Shown in pieces: positions 1 to 8,348 of a stretch of DNA of 29,448 nt. Origin of the DNA: an uncultured bacterium (GTDB taxonomy: Bacteria; Patescibacteriota; Minisyncoccia; Phycocordibacterales; CAJXDB01). The notes beneath the pieces are model-generated. The model had not been told where the DNA came from. It saw only the letters and a program-made list of their open reading frames with translations, and ran no database searches. Each line of letters opens with the position of its first letter. Position 1 is the first letter of the stretch. The stretch is taken from contig CAJXDB010000001.1 in the NCBI GenBank assembly GCA_913052285.1, positions 1 through 29,448 on the forward strand, given 5' to 3'. The translations under genes were made by a program, and so were the position numbers.

Positions 1-22
1 TGCTTTACAATTAACTTCATTC

Positions 23-1027
23 ATGGGTTTTAAAAATGATTCAATTTTTTGGGTTGAGGTTAATAAGATAAAGCCAAATCCATATCAACCAAGACGTGAC
101 TTTAGTGAGGCAAAACTTGCTGATTTAGCTGAATCTATCCGACAATATGGAGTACTTCAACCTCTTGTAGTAACTCGCAATGAGATTCAAAGAGACGACG
201 GCGGTCTTTCTTCAGAATATGAGCTTATAGCAGGGGAACGACGTCTTCGCGCTTCGCGCATTGCCGGCCTTGTACAGGTTCCAGTTATTATTCGCGATGC
301 TGAAGAAGATCAGCGTGCAAAGCTTGAAATTGCCATAATAGAAAATATTCAGCGTGAAGATTTAAACTCAATGGACAGAGCGCGAGCATTTGACCGCCTT
401 ATTAAGGAGTTTAGTTTTACGCACGCCGAGGTTGGAAAAAAAATTGGAAAGAGTCGTGAATTTGTTTCAAATACGATACGACTTCTAGGACTTCCAGAGG
501 ATGTAAAAGTAGCACTTGCACAGGGAGACATTTCGGAAGGTCATGCTCGTCCAATTTTAATGCTTAAAGATCGTCCGGAAGAGCAAAAGGTACTCTTTAA
601 GGAGGTTATGCATAAAAAACTTACTGTTCGTGAGACTGAAAATATTGCGCGGCGTGTTGCGCTCGACAAGGTGCGTAAACGATCAAAAATGCTTTCACCT
701 GAAATTATTGAGCTTGAAAAACAGCTTACCGAATCCTTAGGCACTCGCGTACAAATTGAACAAAAGGATGTTGGAGGCAAGCTTGTAATTGATTTTTTCT
801 CTCCTGACGATCTTAGAAATATTCTGCACTCATTTGAAACAGAGCCGTCTCAGGAAGCGATGGATACACTTTCAGATGATGGAGAGGGCGAACATAAAGA
901 AGAAGTTAAACAAACTCAAAAGGAAGAGCCTCGAATGGACGGAGAAGCACTCGATGATCGTCCGGACAAGGAAAAAGATGAATCTCAAGAAGACGATTTG
1001 TATTCTGTAAAAAACTTTTCTATCTAG
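23..1027 (+). CDS. parB: ParB/Spo0J chromosome partitioning protein
   Basis: I-x-PNPYQPR, GVLQPLVV, CTP-binding GERRLRA, ENIQREDL and an HTH region; long acidic C-terminal tail. The 3' end overlaps the convergent rel gene by 8 nt. Confidence 0.95.
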   Translation: MGFKNDSIFWVEVNKIKPNPYQPRRDFSEAKLADLAESIRQYGVLQPLVVTRNEIQRDDGGLSSEYELIAGERRLRASRIAGLVQVPVIIRDAEEDQRAKLEIAIIENIQREDLNSMDRARAFDRLIKEFSFTHAEVGKKIGKSREFVSNTIRLLGLPEDVKVALAQGDISEGHARPILMLKDRPEEQKVLFKEVMHKKLTVRETENIARRVALDKVRKRSKMLSPEIIELEKQLTESLGTRVQIEQKDVGGKLVIDFFSPDDLRNILHSFETEPSQEAMDTLSDDGEGEHKEEVKQTQKEEPRMDGEALDDRPDKEKDESQEDDLYSVKNFSI

Positions 1028-2582
1028 TGTTCAGTTTTTGCTGTGCGTCTAGTGCAATACGTATGTGTTTTCGTGCGGCTGTTGTTTTTGCAAATTCAAG
1101 CCAGCGGTTTGTCGGGTGGCTTGAAGGGCGTGTAAGGATTTCAACAATGTCACCGTTATGAAGTTCAGTATCTAAAGATACTAGCTTACCATTTACCTTC
1201 GCACCAAATGTATGATTGCCAATATCAGAGTGAATAGTATATGCAAAATCAATCGTACTTGAGCTTATTGGCAGGTCAATAACGTCTCCTTTTGGTGTAA
1301 ATACAAATACGCGGTGACTGAAGAAATCACTTTTAAGGTTGTCAAGAAATTCTTCTCCTGCTTCAGCTTGATGAGATTCTGCAATGTCGCGTATCCACGT
1401 TGGCACCTGCATAGACTTAGACTGTGGATCCTCTTTTTTTGCCGATTTTTGTTTAGTATTGTTTTTAGTATTAAACCTTAGAATTGAAGGCAGTAATTGC
1501 TGCAGCCATTCATTGGCAAATTTAATGTACTGCTGAGGACGTTTTCGGCCTCCGGACTCCTTATATGCAAGATGTGATGCTATTCCAAACTGCGCTCTTC
1601 GGTGCATTTCCTCTGTTCTAATCTGAATTTCAACTATACCTCCTTCTTTTGTGAACACTGTGGTATGCAGGCTTTGATATCCGTTTGGCTTTGGAAACGC
1701 AATGTAGTCTTTAATTTTTCCCGGAAGGGGTTTCCATACACTGTGAATAGTTCCAAATACTGTGTAGCAGTCGGCAACTGTAGGAACAACAATGCGAATT
1801 GCAAGTATGTCATGTATCTTTTCGAGGTCCCAGTCTTTACGTTCTAGTTTTTGATATAAACTGTACAGTCCTTTTATCCGGTGCTCTGTTTTAAAGTTTC
1901 TAATATCATGTTCTCCTAAAACGCGCTTGAGTGCTTTATGCATCTTATCAAGTCGCTGTAGAGTTTCTTTATTTTTCTTTTTAAATAGTAGGTTAATTTC
2001 TTCAAATTCTTTTGTGTATACATATGGAAATGCAAGATCTTCAAGTTCACGCTTTATGCGCCCCATACCGAGTCTGTCTGCAATAGGTACATAAATTTCA
2101 AGCGTCTCAAGCGCAATTCTTTTCTGCTTTTCTTTAGGGACATGTTCAAGTGTCTTCATATTATGAAGACGGTCCATAAGTTTTATGATCAGTACACGAA
2201 TATCTTGAGAGGTTGCAACAAAAAGCTTTCGAAGACTTTCAATATGTCGCTCGAGCCCCTGATACCTTAGAGCCCCAAGTTTTGTAACTCCTTGTACTAG
2301 GTGCAATATTTCGTCTCCGAATGTCTCTTGGATATCTTCTGGCGTAGTATTGGTATCTTCTATTGTGTCGTGTAGAAGACCAGCGGCTATGGTCTCGCTT
2401 CCCATGCCTGTTTCTGCAAGACTCTTTGCAGTCTCATGTAAATGTACAAAATATGGTTCACCTGAAAATCTTTCATGATCTTTATGAGCTTCTTCTGCAA
2501 ATACGTACGCTTTTTTAATAAGTGCTGTGTCAGAAGCAGTGGGAGAATCCATTTTGTCAATAATTTCCTTGACATTTGGCAT
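1020..2582 (-). CDS. rel: RelA/SpoT homologue (HD hydrolase + synthetase + TGS, no C-terminal ACT region)
   Basis: H-x-R-x-SGEPYF-x-H, LLHDTIEDT (intact HD), KL-x-DRLHNM, PKPNGYQSLHT, EIQIRT, TGS motif VFVFTPKGD...FAY-x-IHS...GAKVNG; 520 aa. Confidence 0.95.
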   Translation of the reverse strand: MPNVKEIIDKMDSPTASDTALIKKAYVFAEEAHKDHERFSGEPYFVHLHETAKSLAETGMGSETIAAGLLHDTIEDTNTTPEDIQETFGDEILHLVQGVTKLGALRYQGLERHIESLRKLFVATSQDIRVLIIKLMDRLHNMKTLEHVPKEKQKRIALETLEIYVPIADRLGMGRIKRELEDLAFPYVYTKEFEEINLLFKKKNKETLQRLDKMHKALKRVLGEHDIRNFKTEHRIKGLYSLYQKLERKDWDLEKIHDILAIRIVVPTVADCYTVFGTIHSVWKPLPGKIKDYIAFPKPNGYQSLHTTVFTKEGGIVEIQIRTEEMHRRAQFGIASHLAYKESGGRKRPQQYIKFANEWLQQLLPSILRFNTKNNTKQKSAKKEDPQSKSMQVPTWIRDIAESHQAEAGEEFLDNLKSDFFSHRVFVFTPKGDVIDLPISSSTIDFAYTIHSDIGNHTFGAKVNGKLVSLDTELHNGDIVEILTRPSSHPTNRWLEFAKTTAARKHIRIALDAQQKLNTR

Positions 2583-2589
2583 GTTTTCT

Positions 2590-2617
2590 ACTATAGTACG
2601 AAATAGAAAAATGTCAA
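2590..2617 (-). promoter_or_regulatory. sigma70-type promoter of rel, predicted leaderless transcript
   Basis: Minus strand TTGACA (2617-2612), 16 nt, TATAGT (2595-2590), 7 nt, ATG. Confidence 0.65.
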
Positions 2618-2637
2618 TAGCATAAAGGGGAAAACCT

Positions 2638-2829
2638 ATGTCTGTTAAGGTGAATCTCTATCGTAACAAAGATGGAATGCTGGAATTTGAATATAAAAGC
2701 GGACCCTTTCGAATGTCAGGAAGATTTGTTGGGGAAGTTCTTGAGGTTGAGTTCAGTTACTCGGAGGGTAACACAGAGGTTGTCGAAACGCCCAATGAAG
2801 AAACGGTCTCTAGTCGAGCCGTACATTAA
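2638..2829 (+). CDS. Hypothetical 63-aa protein
   Basis: Fills the gap between rel and topA; AAAGGGG SD-like site upstream; followed by a terminator hairpin. No family recognised. Confidence 0.55.
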   Translation: MSVKVNLYRNKDGMLEFEYKSGPFRMSGRFVGEVLEVEFSYSEGNTEVVETPNEETVSSRAVH

Positions 2830-2857
2830 ATAGCCCACGTACGTAGGGCTATTTTTT
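2828..2857. terminator. Probable bidirectional intrinsic terminator
   Basis: AAATAGCCC-9 nt-GGGCTATTT plus T-run, between convergent genes; overlaps the topA stop codon. Confidence 0.7.
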
Positions 2858-5080
2858 CTTTGCGCCTCTTCTTTTCTTTTCCTCGGATAAAATTTCAAGG
2901 GCGCGTTTGAGATTTATGGTGTATACATCGTCAGTTTTAAGAGATCTAAAATCTCCATCATGCATCACATACGGGCCAAATCTACCAACGCTGGCGATGA
3001 TTGGGTTTTCTGTGTCGGGGTGTACTCCAAGTTCTCTTGGTAGACTTAAGTACTTTAGAGCATCTTCGAGTGTTACTTCTTCCGGACTCTTGTCTTTCGG
3101 TACACTTCCGCGTCTAGGTTTCTCCTTCTTTTTTCCTCGCCCTGAGCCTGTAGTTCGACCTTGCTCACCACCCTGAGCCTGTCGAAGGGTCGAAGGGTTT
3201 TCTCCAAGCTGTACATATGGACCGAAGCGACCATCAAGTAGGTATACATTTTCTCCAGTTTCAGGATCTTTTCCAATTGGTTCAGCGTCCTTTATCTCTT
3301 TTCCTTCAATTGTTCTAGCACCGTCGCAGTCTGGAAACTTATTACAGCTCATAAATTTTCCACGTTTGCCAAGTTTAATTACCATAGTACTGTCACATTT
3401 TGGACAGCGAAACTCTTCTGGTGCATCACCAAGGTCAGTAATTTTAATATCGTCAGTTTTGTGATCTATTTCCTTTGAAAATGGAGTGTAGAAATCTTTT
3501 AGAGTTTTTTCATACGTAAGGTTGCCTTCAGCAATTTCGTCAAGTTTATGCTCCATTTCAGCTGTAAACGAGTCACTTATGTAGTTTTCAAAGTTTTTCT
3601 CTAAAAATGAACTTACGACATCACCAGTGTCGGTAGGGAATAGAGTGCGTCCTTCTTTCTCTACATATCCACGATCTGAAAGTGTTCGCATGATGCTTGC
3701 GTATGTTGATGGTCGTCCTATCTCGCGCTTTTCAAGCTCTTTAATAAGCCCTGCTTCTGTGTATCGTCCGAGTGGTTTTGTTTCTTTTCTCTCGCTTTCA
3801 ATATTTAATAGTTTTAGTTCTTCACATTTTTCGACAGCTGGAAGTTCAACATCTTCTCCTCTGGATTCGGTGTCAACACGAAGCCATCCATCAAACAATA
3901 TTCTCGATCCGGTTACAGTAAAGTCTGGCACTTTATCTTCTCCTTTTGTCGGTTCTACTTTTGTAATAATTTTTGTAGCAAGAAGTTTTGCATCGCTCAT
4001 TTGCGATGCAATCGTTCGTTTCCAGATTAGTTCGTATAGCTTTTTCTGTTCCGGTGTATTGCCTGCTGATCGCTTTGAAATATTTGTTGGCCGAATTGCT
4101 TCATGTGCTTCTTGAGCATTTTTGCTTTTTGTTTTAAAAACTCGCGTTTCTACATACTCTTTTCCATATTCCTCAGCGATTAATGATCGTATGATTCCGA
4201 GCGTCGCATTTCCAATGGTTACGCTATCTGTTCTCATATATGTTATATGACCAGATTCATAGAGTTTTTGAGCAATACCCATTGTTCGCGAAGGAGCAAA
4301 GCCTAATCGGGAGCTCGCGGCTTGCTGTAGCGTCGAAGTTATAAAGGGTGCTCTCGGAGATCTCTTAGTGTTTTTCTCTTCAATATCAGAGACACTCCAT
4401 GATCCTGCTTTTCCAACTGAAAGAATTCGCTCTGCTTCATCTTCCTTTTTTGGCTCCTCACTACACGTAACGCCAAATTGTTTTTTCCCTCCTTTTACAT
4501 CAGCGGTGATGACGAAAAATTCTTCTGGTACAAATTCCCTAATTTCTCTTTCTCTCTCCATAATAATTCGAAGAGCGGGGGACTGTACTCGGCCTGCAGA
4601 TAGCCCATATCGTACTTTTTTCCAAATAAGTCCTGACAAATCGTATCCAACAAGTCGGTCTAGCACTCTTCGAGCCTCTTGTGCTTTTCGCAAGTTGTCA
4701 TCAATGGTTCGCGGATGTTTCAGTGCTTCTTGCACTGCTTCTTTTGTAATTTCGTTAAAAACAACTCTCTGTGGCTTTTTTAAATTAGCTAGCTCCTTTA
4801 CGTGCCACGCTATCGCTTCACCTTCTCTGTCGGGGTCAGTAGCCAAGAGCACTTCCTTAGAGCTTTTCGCCAGCTTTTGAATTTCGTCAATAGTTTTCTC
4901 TTTTCCCTTAACCGGTTCGTAATGTGGAGTAAAATTCTTATCAATGTCAATTGCCTTCTTATTACTTTTTGGCAAATCACGAACATGCCCAACCGATGCA
5001 ATAACGGTGTATTTATCGTCCAAATATTTTGAAATTGTTTTCGCCTTTGCTGGCGATTCAACTATAAGAAGTTTTGACAT
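2849..5080 (-). CDS. topA: DNA topoisomerase I (type IA)
   Basis: LIVESPAKAKTI, ATDPDREGEAIAWH, SAGRVQSPAL, catalytic ITYMRTDS, one C4 zinc ribbon, two GRFGPYV C-terminal repeats and a Lys-rich tail. Confidence 0.98.
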   Translation of the reverse strand: MSKLLIVESPAKAKTISKYLDDKYTVIASVGHVRDLPKSNKKAIDIDKNFTPHYEPVKGKEKTIDEIQKLAKSSKEVLLATDPDREGEAIAWHVKELANLKKPQRVVFNEITKEAVQEALKHPRTIDDNLRKAQEARRVLDRLVGYDLSGLIWKKVRYGLSAGRVQSPALRIIMEREREIREFVPEEFFVITADVKGGKKQFGVTCSEEPKKEDEAERILSVGKAGSWSVSDIEEKNTKRSPRAPFITSTLQQAASSRLGFAPSRTMGIAQKLYESGHITYMRTDSVTIGNATLGIIRSLIAEEYGKEYVETRVFKTKSKNAQEAHEAIRPTNISKRSAGNTPEQKKLYELIWKRTIASQMSDAKLLATKIITKVEPTKGEDKVPDFTVTGSRILFDGWLRVDTESRGEDVELPAVEKCEELKLLNIESERKETKPLGRYTEAGLIKELEKREIGRPSTYASIMRTLSDRGYVEKEGRTLFPTDTGDVVSSFLEKNFENYISDSFTAEMEHKLDEIAEGNLTYEKTLKDFYTPFSKEIDHKTDDIKITDLGDAPEEFRCPKCDSTMVIKLGKRGKFMSCNKFPDCDGARTIEGKEIKDAEPIGKDPETGENVYLLDGRFGPYVQLGENPSTLRQAQGGEQGRTTGSGRGKKKEKPRRGSVPKDKSPEEVTLEDALKYLSLPRELGVHPDTENPIIASVGRFGPYVMHDGDFRSLKTDDVYTINLKRALEILSEEKKRRGAKKK
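3140..3197 (-). repeat. Palindromic mini-element (CCCTTCGACAGGCTCAGGG type) in frame inside topA
   Basis: Minus strand CCCTTCGA CCCTTCGA CAGGCTCAGGG TGGTGAGCAAGGTCGAACTA CAGGCTCAGGG; internal duplications; encodes PSTLRQAQGGEQGRTTGSG. Confidence 0.75.
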
Positions 5081-5186
5081 CCCAGTAGAAATTAATAAAT
5101 AACGTAAATAGTTTATTCGTGTCCGTTTTAATTTCTAATGGGACACATAGTCTACTGTTCTACTTTAAAAGAATTTCTTTGTCAAA

Positions 5187-6041
5187 TCATTGTACATGCA
5201 ATTCTCCCATACGTTCAGTAATAAGTCCTTTGATTTCCATAGATGAAAGCAAAACATTCGCGTCTTGTACAGGTATATTCAACTTTTGAATTAGCTCGTC
5301 ACGCGGCATAGGAATCTCAAGAAGTTTAATTACTTTCTGTTCGGTGTCTGATAAGGTATTGTCTTGGACATTTTTCTCACTTTGCTCAATACCGAGCACT
5401 TCAAACAGTTCCTTGCTTGAGCTTACAGGAACGGCACCTAGTCGTATTAGCATGTGTGGGCCGTGTGAGTTTTTTGAAAATATAGATCCTGGAACTGTAC
5501 AGACATCTCTATTATATTCAAGTGCAAGTCTCGATGTGATAAGTGTTCCTGATTTTTCAATAGCTTCAATTACAAGTACTACATGGGAAAGGCCTGCCAT
5601 AATGCGGTTTCTTTGTGGAAAACTGTATGGTGTTGCCTGAAAGTCCTCCTGAAACTCGGACAAGAGAGCACCACCTGAATCTACAATTTGTTTTGCAAGT
5701 CCGCGATGTATAGCTGGATAAAGCACTTTTTCACCAAGTCCTGACCCAGGTACTGCAATTGTCTGAATGTTTGCCGCAAGGGCAGCTCTGTGTGCTATTG
5801 AGTCAATGCCAAGCGCAAGTCCGGAGACAATGGCTACATCATATCCTCTAAGATCAGCAATCAACTTTTCGCAAACCTCGCGTCCGTATGGTGTGTATTT
5901 TCTTGACCCGACTACACATAAGAGCTTTGTATCTTTTGAGGGGAGTGTTCCCATAACGAAAAGTTCTTTTGGTTTGTCTGGTATTTCGTGAAGTAATTCC
6001 GGAAAGTCGGATTGCGATAGTTGTCGTATGGCATGCTCCAT
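5187..6041 (-). CDS. dprA: DNA-processing protein DprA/Smf
   Basis: VVGSRK-x-TPYG, IVSGLALGID-x-x-AH, FPQRNRIMAGLS, SGTLIT, C-terminal winged helix; conserved dprA-topA gene order. Confidence 0.96.
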   Translation of the reverse strand: MEHAIRQLSQSDFPELLHEIPDKPKELFVMGTLPSKDTKLLCVVGSRKYTPYGREVCEKLIADLRGYDVAIVSGLALGIDSIAHRAALAANIQTIAVPGSGLGEKVLYPAIHRGLAKQIVDSGGALLSEFQEDFQATPYSFPQRNRIMAGLSHVVLVIEAIEKSGTLITSRLALEYNRDVCTVPGSIFSKNSHGPHMLIRLGAVPVSSSKELFEVLGIEQSEKNVQDNTLSDTEQKVIKLLEIPMPRDELIQKLNIPVQDANVLLSSMEIKGLITERMGELHVQ

Positions 6042-6088
6042 TGTACTATCATAACATTGCAGTTCACTGTATTTTAAGAATATCTACC

Positions 6089-7357
6089 ATGTTAGACATA
6101 CAATTCATAAGAGACAATAAAGATCTTGTAAAAGAAGGCGCTCGCAAGAAACACATTCAAGTTGACATTGATGCGCTCGTTGAGCTTGATGACAAGAGAC
6201 GTGCCTTTTTAGCACTTGTTGAGGAAAAACGAGCAGCTCAGAATGAACATACAGATAAGATTGCTTCGGAAAGCGATTCGGCAAAACGAGAAGCTATGAT
6301 TTCTGACATGCGGAATTTAAAGCAGGAACTTCAAGTTGAGGAAGCAAAGCTAAAAGGCATCATGCGTGATTGGCAGGCCCTTATGGTTCAGGTTCCGAAT
6401 GTTCCAGACGTGTCTGTTCCGGAAGGAGTAGACGATTCAAGCAACGAAGAAGTTAAAAAATGGGGAATAATTCCGACTTTTGAGTTTGGCGCAAAAAGCC
6501 ATACTGATCTTATGACAAAGCTCGACATGGTTGATTTTGAACGAGGTACTAAGGTTGCTGGTTTTCGTGGATACATTTTGAAAAATGACGGAGCAAAACT
6601 TAATTTTGCCGTATGGCAATTCATACAAGATCATTTTTCAGAGAAAGACGGTTTTGTTCCAATGGTTGTGCCGTCACTTGTACGCCGAGAGCCGTTTCTT
6701 GGTACTGGATATATTCCGCAGGGAGAAGAAGATTTATATAAGACACAAGATGAGAGCTACTTATCTGGAACAGCGGAAGTGGCAACAATGAGCTACTACA
6801 TGGATGAAGTACTTCCAAAGAAGCAATTACCGGTAAAAATGTTTGCATTTTCTCCGTGTTTTCGTCGTGAAGCTGGGAGTCACGGTAAAGACACAAAAGG
6901 TCTTATGCGTGTGCATGAATTCTTTAAGTTTGAACAGGTTGTGCTATGCGAGGCAGATCATGAAGAATCTGTTAAATGGCACGAGTGGATAAACAAAAAT
7001 ACAGAAGAAGCACTTCAAAAACTTAATATTCCATATCGAACCGTTATAAACTGTGGTGGAGACCTTGGTCTTGGTCAGGTTAAAAAGTATGACATTGAGC
7101 TTTGGGTTCCATCTGAGGAAAAATATAGGGAGATAAGTTCGGCCTCATACTTTCACGATTTTCAGACAAGGCGACTCAATATTCGTTATAGAGACGATAA
7201 TGGAGTTCTTCAGTTTGCACATTCTCTAAACTGTACGGCTCTGCCCACTCCAAGGATTCTCATTGCAATTATAGAAAATAATCAGCAGGCAGACGGGAGT
7301 ATTGTAGTACCAGAAGCATTACGGCCATACTTGGGAGTTGATGTATTAGGATCGTGA
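6089..7357 (+). CDS. serS: Serine--tRNA ligase
   Basis: Starts MLDIQFIR (ATG at 6089, not the ORF-track start at 5969); class II motifs GTAEV, FRREAGSHGKDTKGL-x-RVHEF-x-K-x-E, EISSAS, HSLNCTAL-x-x-PR. Confidence 0.97.
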   Translation: MLDIQFIRDNKDLVKEGARKKHIQVDIDALVELDDKRRAFLALVEEKRAAQNEHTDKIASESDSAKREAMISDMRNLKQELQVEEAKLKGIMRDWQALMVQVPNVPDVSVPEGVDDSSNEEVKKWGIIPTFEFGAKSHTDLMTKLDMVDFERGTKVAGFRGYILKNDGAKLNFAVWQFIQDHFSEKDGFVPMVVPSLVRREPFLGTGYIPQGEEDLYKTQDESYLSGTAEVATMSYYMDEVLPKKQLPVKMFAFSPCFRREAGSHGKDTKGLMRVHEFFKFEQVVLCEADHEESVKWHEWINKNTEEALQKLNIPYRTVINCGGDLGLGQVKKYDIELWVPSEEKYREISSASYFHDFQTRRLNIRYRDDNGVLQFAHSLNCTALPTPRILIAIIENNQQADGSIVVPEALRPYLGVDVLGS

Positions 7358-7358
7358 T

Positions 7359-8162
7359 ATGTTTTCTTCTAGAAGAGGGAAGCAACGATTTTCAAATTTA
7401 GCTAGACGCAGACGGAAAATTTTTGGAATTAAGCTTGTAGCTATCGGGCTAGGCTTTCTTGTTGTTATTGGCGGAATATCTTGGCTTTCGCATCTTGATT
7501 CGGTAACTATAAAACAAGTTTCTGTATTAGGTACGCGAACGGTTCCAGATAGTGTTGTGCATGACCTTGTTTACTCTGAACTTGAAGGAACGTACCCACT
7601 TCTCTTTTCACGGTCTAACATTTTTATATATCCAAAAAATGATATTACTGCATCTGTGCAAGAAGCTTTTCCCAATATTGGCTCTATTGAATTTATATTT
7701 GAAAGTCTAGAGTCAATCTCGGTTTCTGTGCGCGAACGCAGTGAAGACGCATTATGGTGCAATAACAAGGAAGAGTGTTACTTTGTGGACGAAGACGGAT
7801 TGATTTTTGGAAAGTCACCGTTATTTAGTGATACGGTATTTATAAAATTTTACACTGAAGTGCCTCAAGAAAATCCGATTGGAGAATATATTTTTTCATC
7901 TAGTGAATTTAAGAATATATCCTTTTTCCTTGATGCTGTTGAGAAACTTGGTGTAGTTATTGTTAAGTTTGGTGTGGTAGATAGCACTGACTTTGAACTT
8001 ACATTTAATAATGGGGCTCGCGTTCTTTTTTCACGGGACGGCGATCTTTCTCAAATACTTGCAAATCTAGAAGCTGTGCTTAATTCTGAAACATTAGAGA
8101 ATGAAAAAATAGACTATATAGATCTTCGCTTTGGAAACAAAGTGTTCTATAAGTTCAAGTGA
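7359..8162 (+). CDS. ftsQ: FtsQ/DivIB-like cell division protein
   Basis: Basic N-terminus, one TM helix, POTRA-like region, C-terminal YIDLRFGNKVFYK. Confidence 0.7.
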   Translation: MFSSRRGKQRFSNLARRRRKIFGIKLVAIGLGFLVVIGGISWLSHLDSVTIKQVSVLGTRTVPDSVVHDLVYSELEGTYPLLFSRSNIFIYPKNDITASVQEAFPNIGSIEFIFESLESISVSVRERSEDALWCNNKEECYFVDEDGLIFGKSPLFSDTVFIKFYTEVPQENPIGEYIFSSSEFKNISFFLDAVEKLGVVIVKFGVVDSTDFELTFNNGARVLFSRDGDLSQILANLEAVLNSETLENEKIDYIDLRFGNKVFYKFK

Positions 8163-8260
8163 GGGAGAGGTGAAAAGCGCTTGCGCATTTTCATTTCGAC
8201 CGAACGCCGAACTTATATCGAAGATATCGTTTTAAGTAGGAAGGGGGTACAGACAGTAAA

Positions 8261-8311
8261 AACAAAAATCATACGATATATCGTCATACGATATATCGTA
8301 TGATTTTTGTT
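8261..8311. repeat. Palindromic element, copy 1, with an internal 15-bp tandem duplication
   Basis: AACAAAAAT-CATACGATATATCGT-CATACGATATATCGT-ATGATTTTTGTT; same element as 11072-11103. Confidence 0.85.
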
Positions 8312-8312
8312 G

Positions 8313-8341
8313 TAGCCAAAATTTTGAAGTAGGTGTACATT
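8313..8341 (+). promoter_or_regulatory. Putative promoter of dus (leaderless)
   Basis: TAGCCA-17 nt-TACATT-7 nt-ATG. Confidence 0.4.
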
Positions 8342-8348
8342 TTCTATA

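Noticed and set aside
2849-3460. TopA combining a zinc ribbon with GRFGPY C-terminal repeats
   Set aside because: Mixed C-terminal architectures are already known among bacterial TopA proteins.
5969-6088. N-terminal extensions in the ORF track for serS (also 9325 dnaX, 12564, 14769, 17513, 20079, 24949, 26652)
   Set aside because: They overlap neighbouring genes or promoters, and family similarity starts at a downstream start codon.
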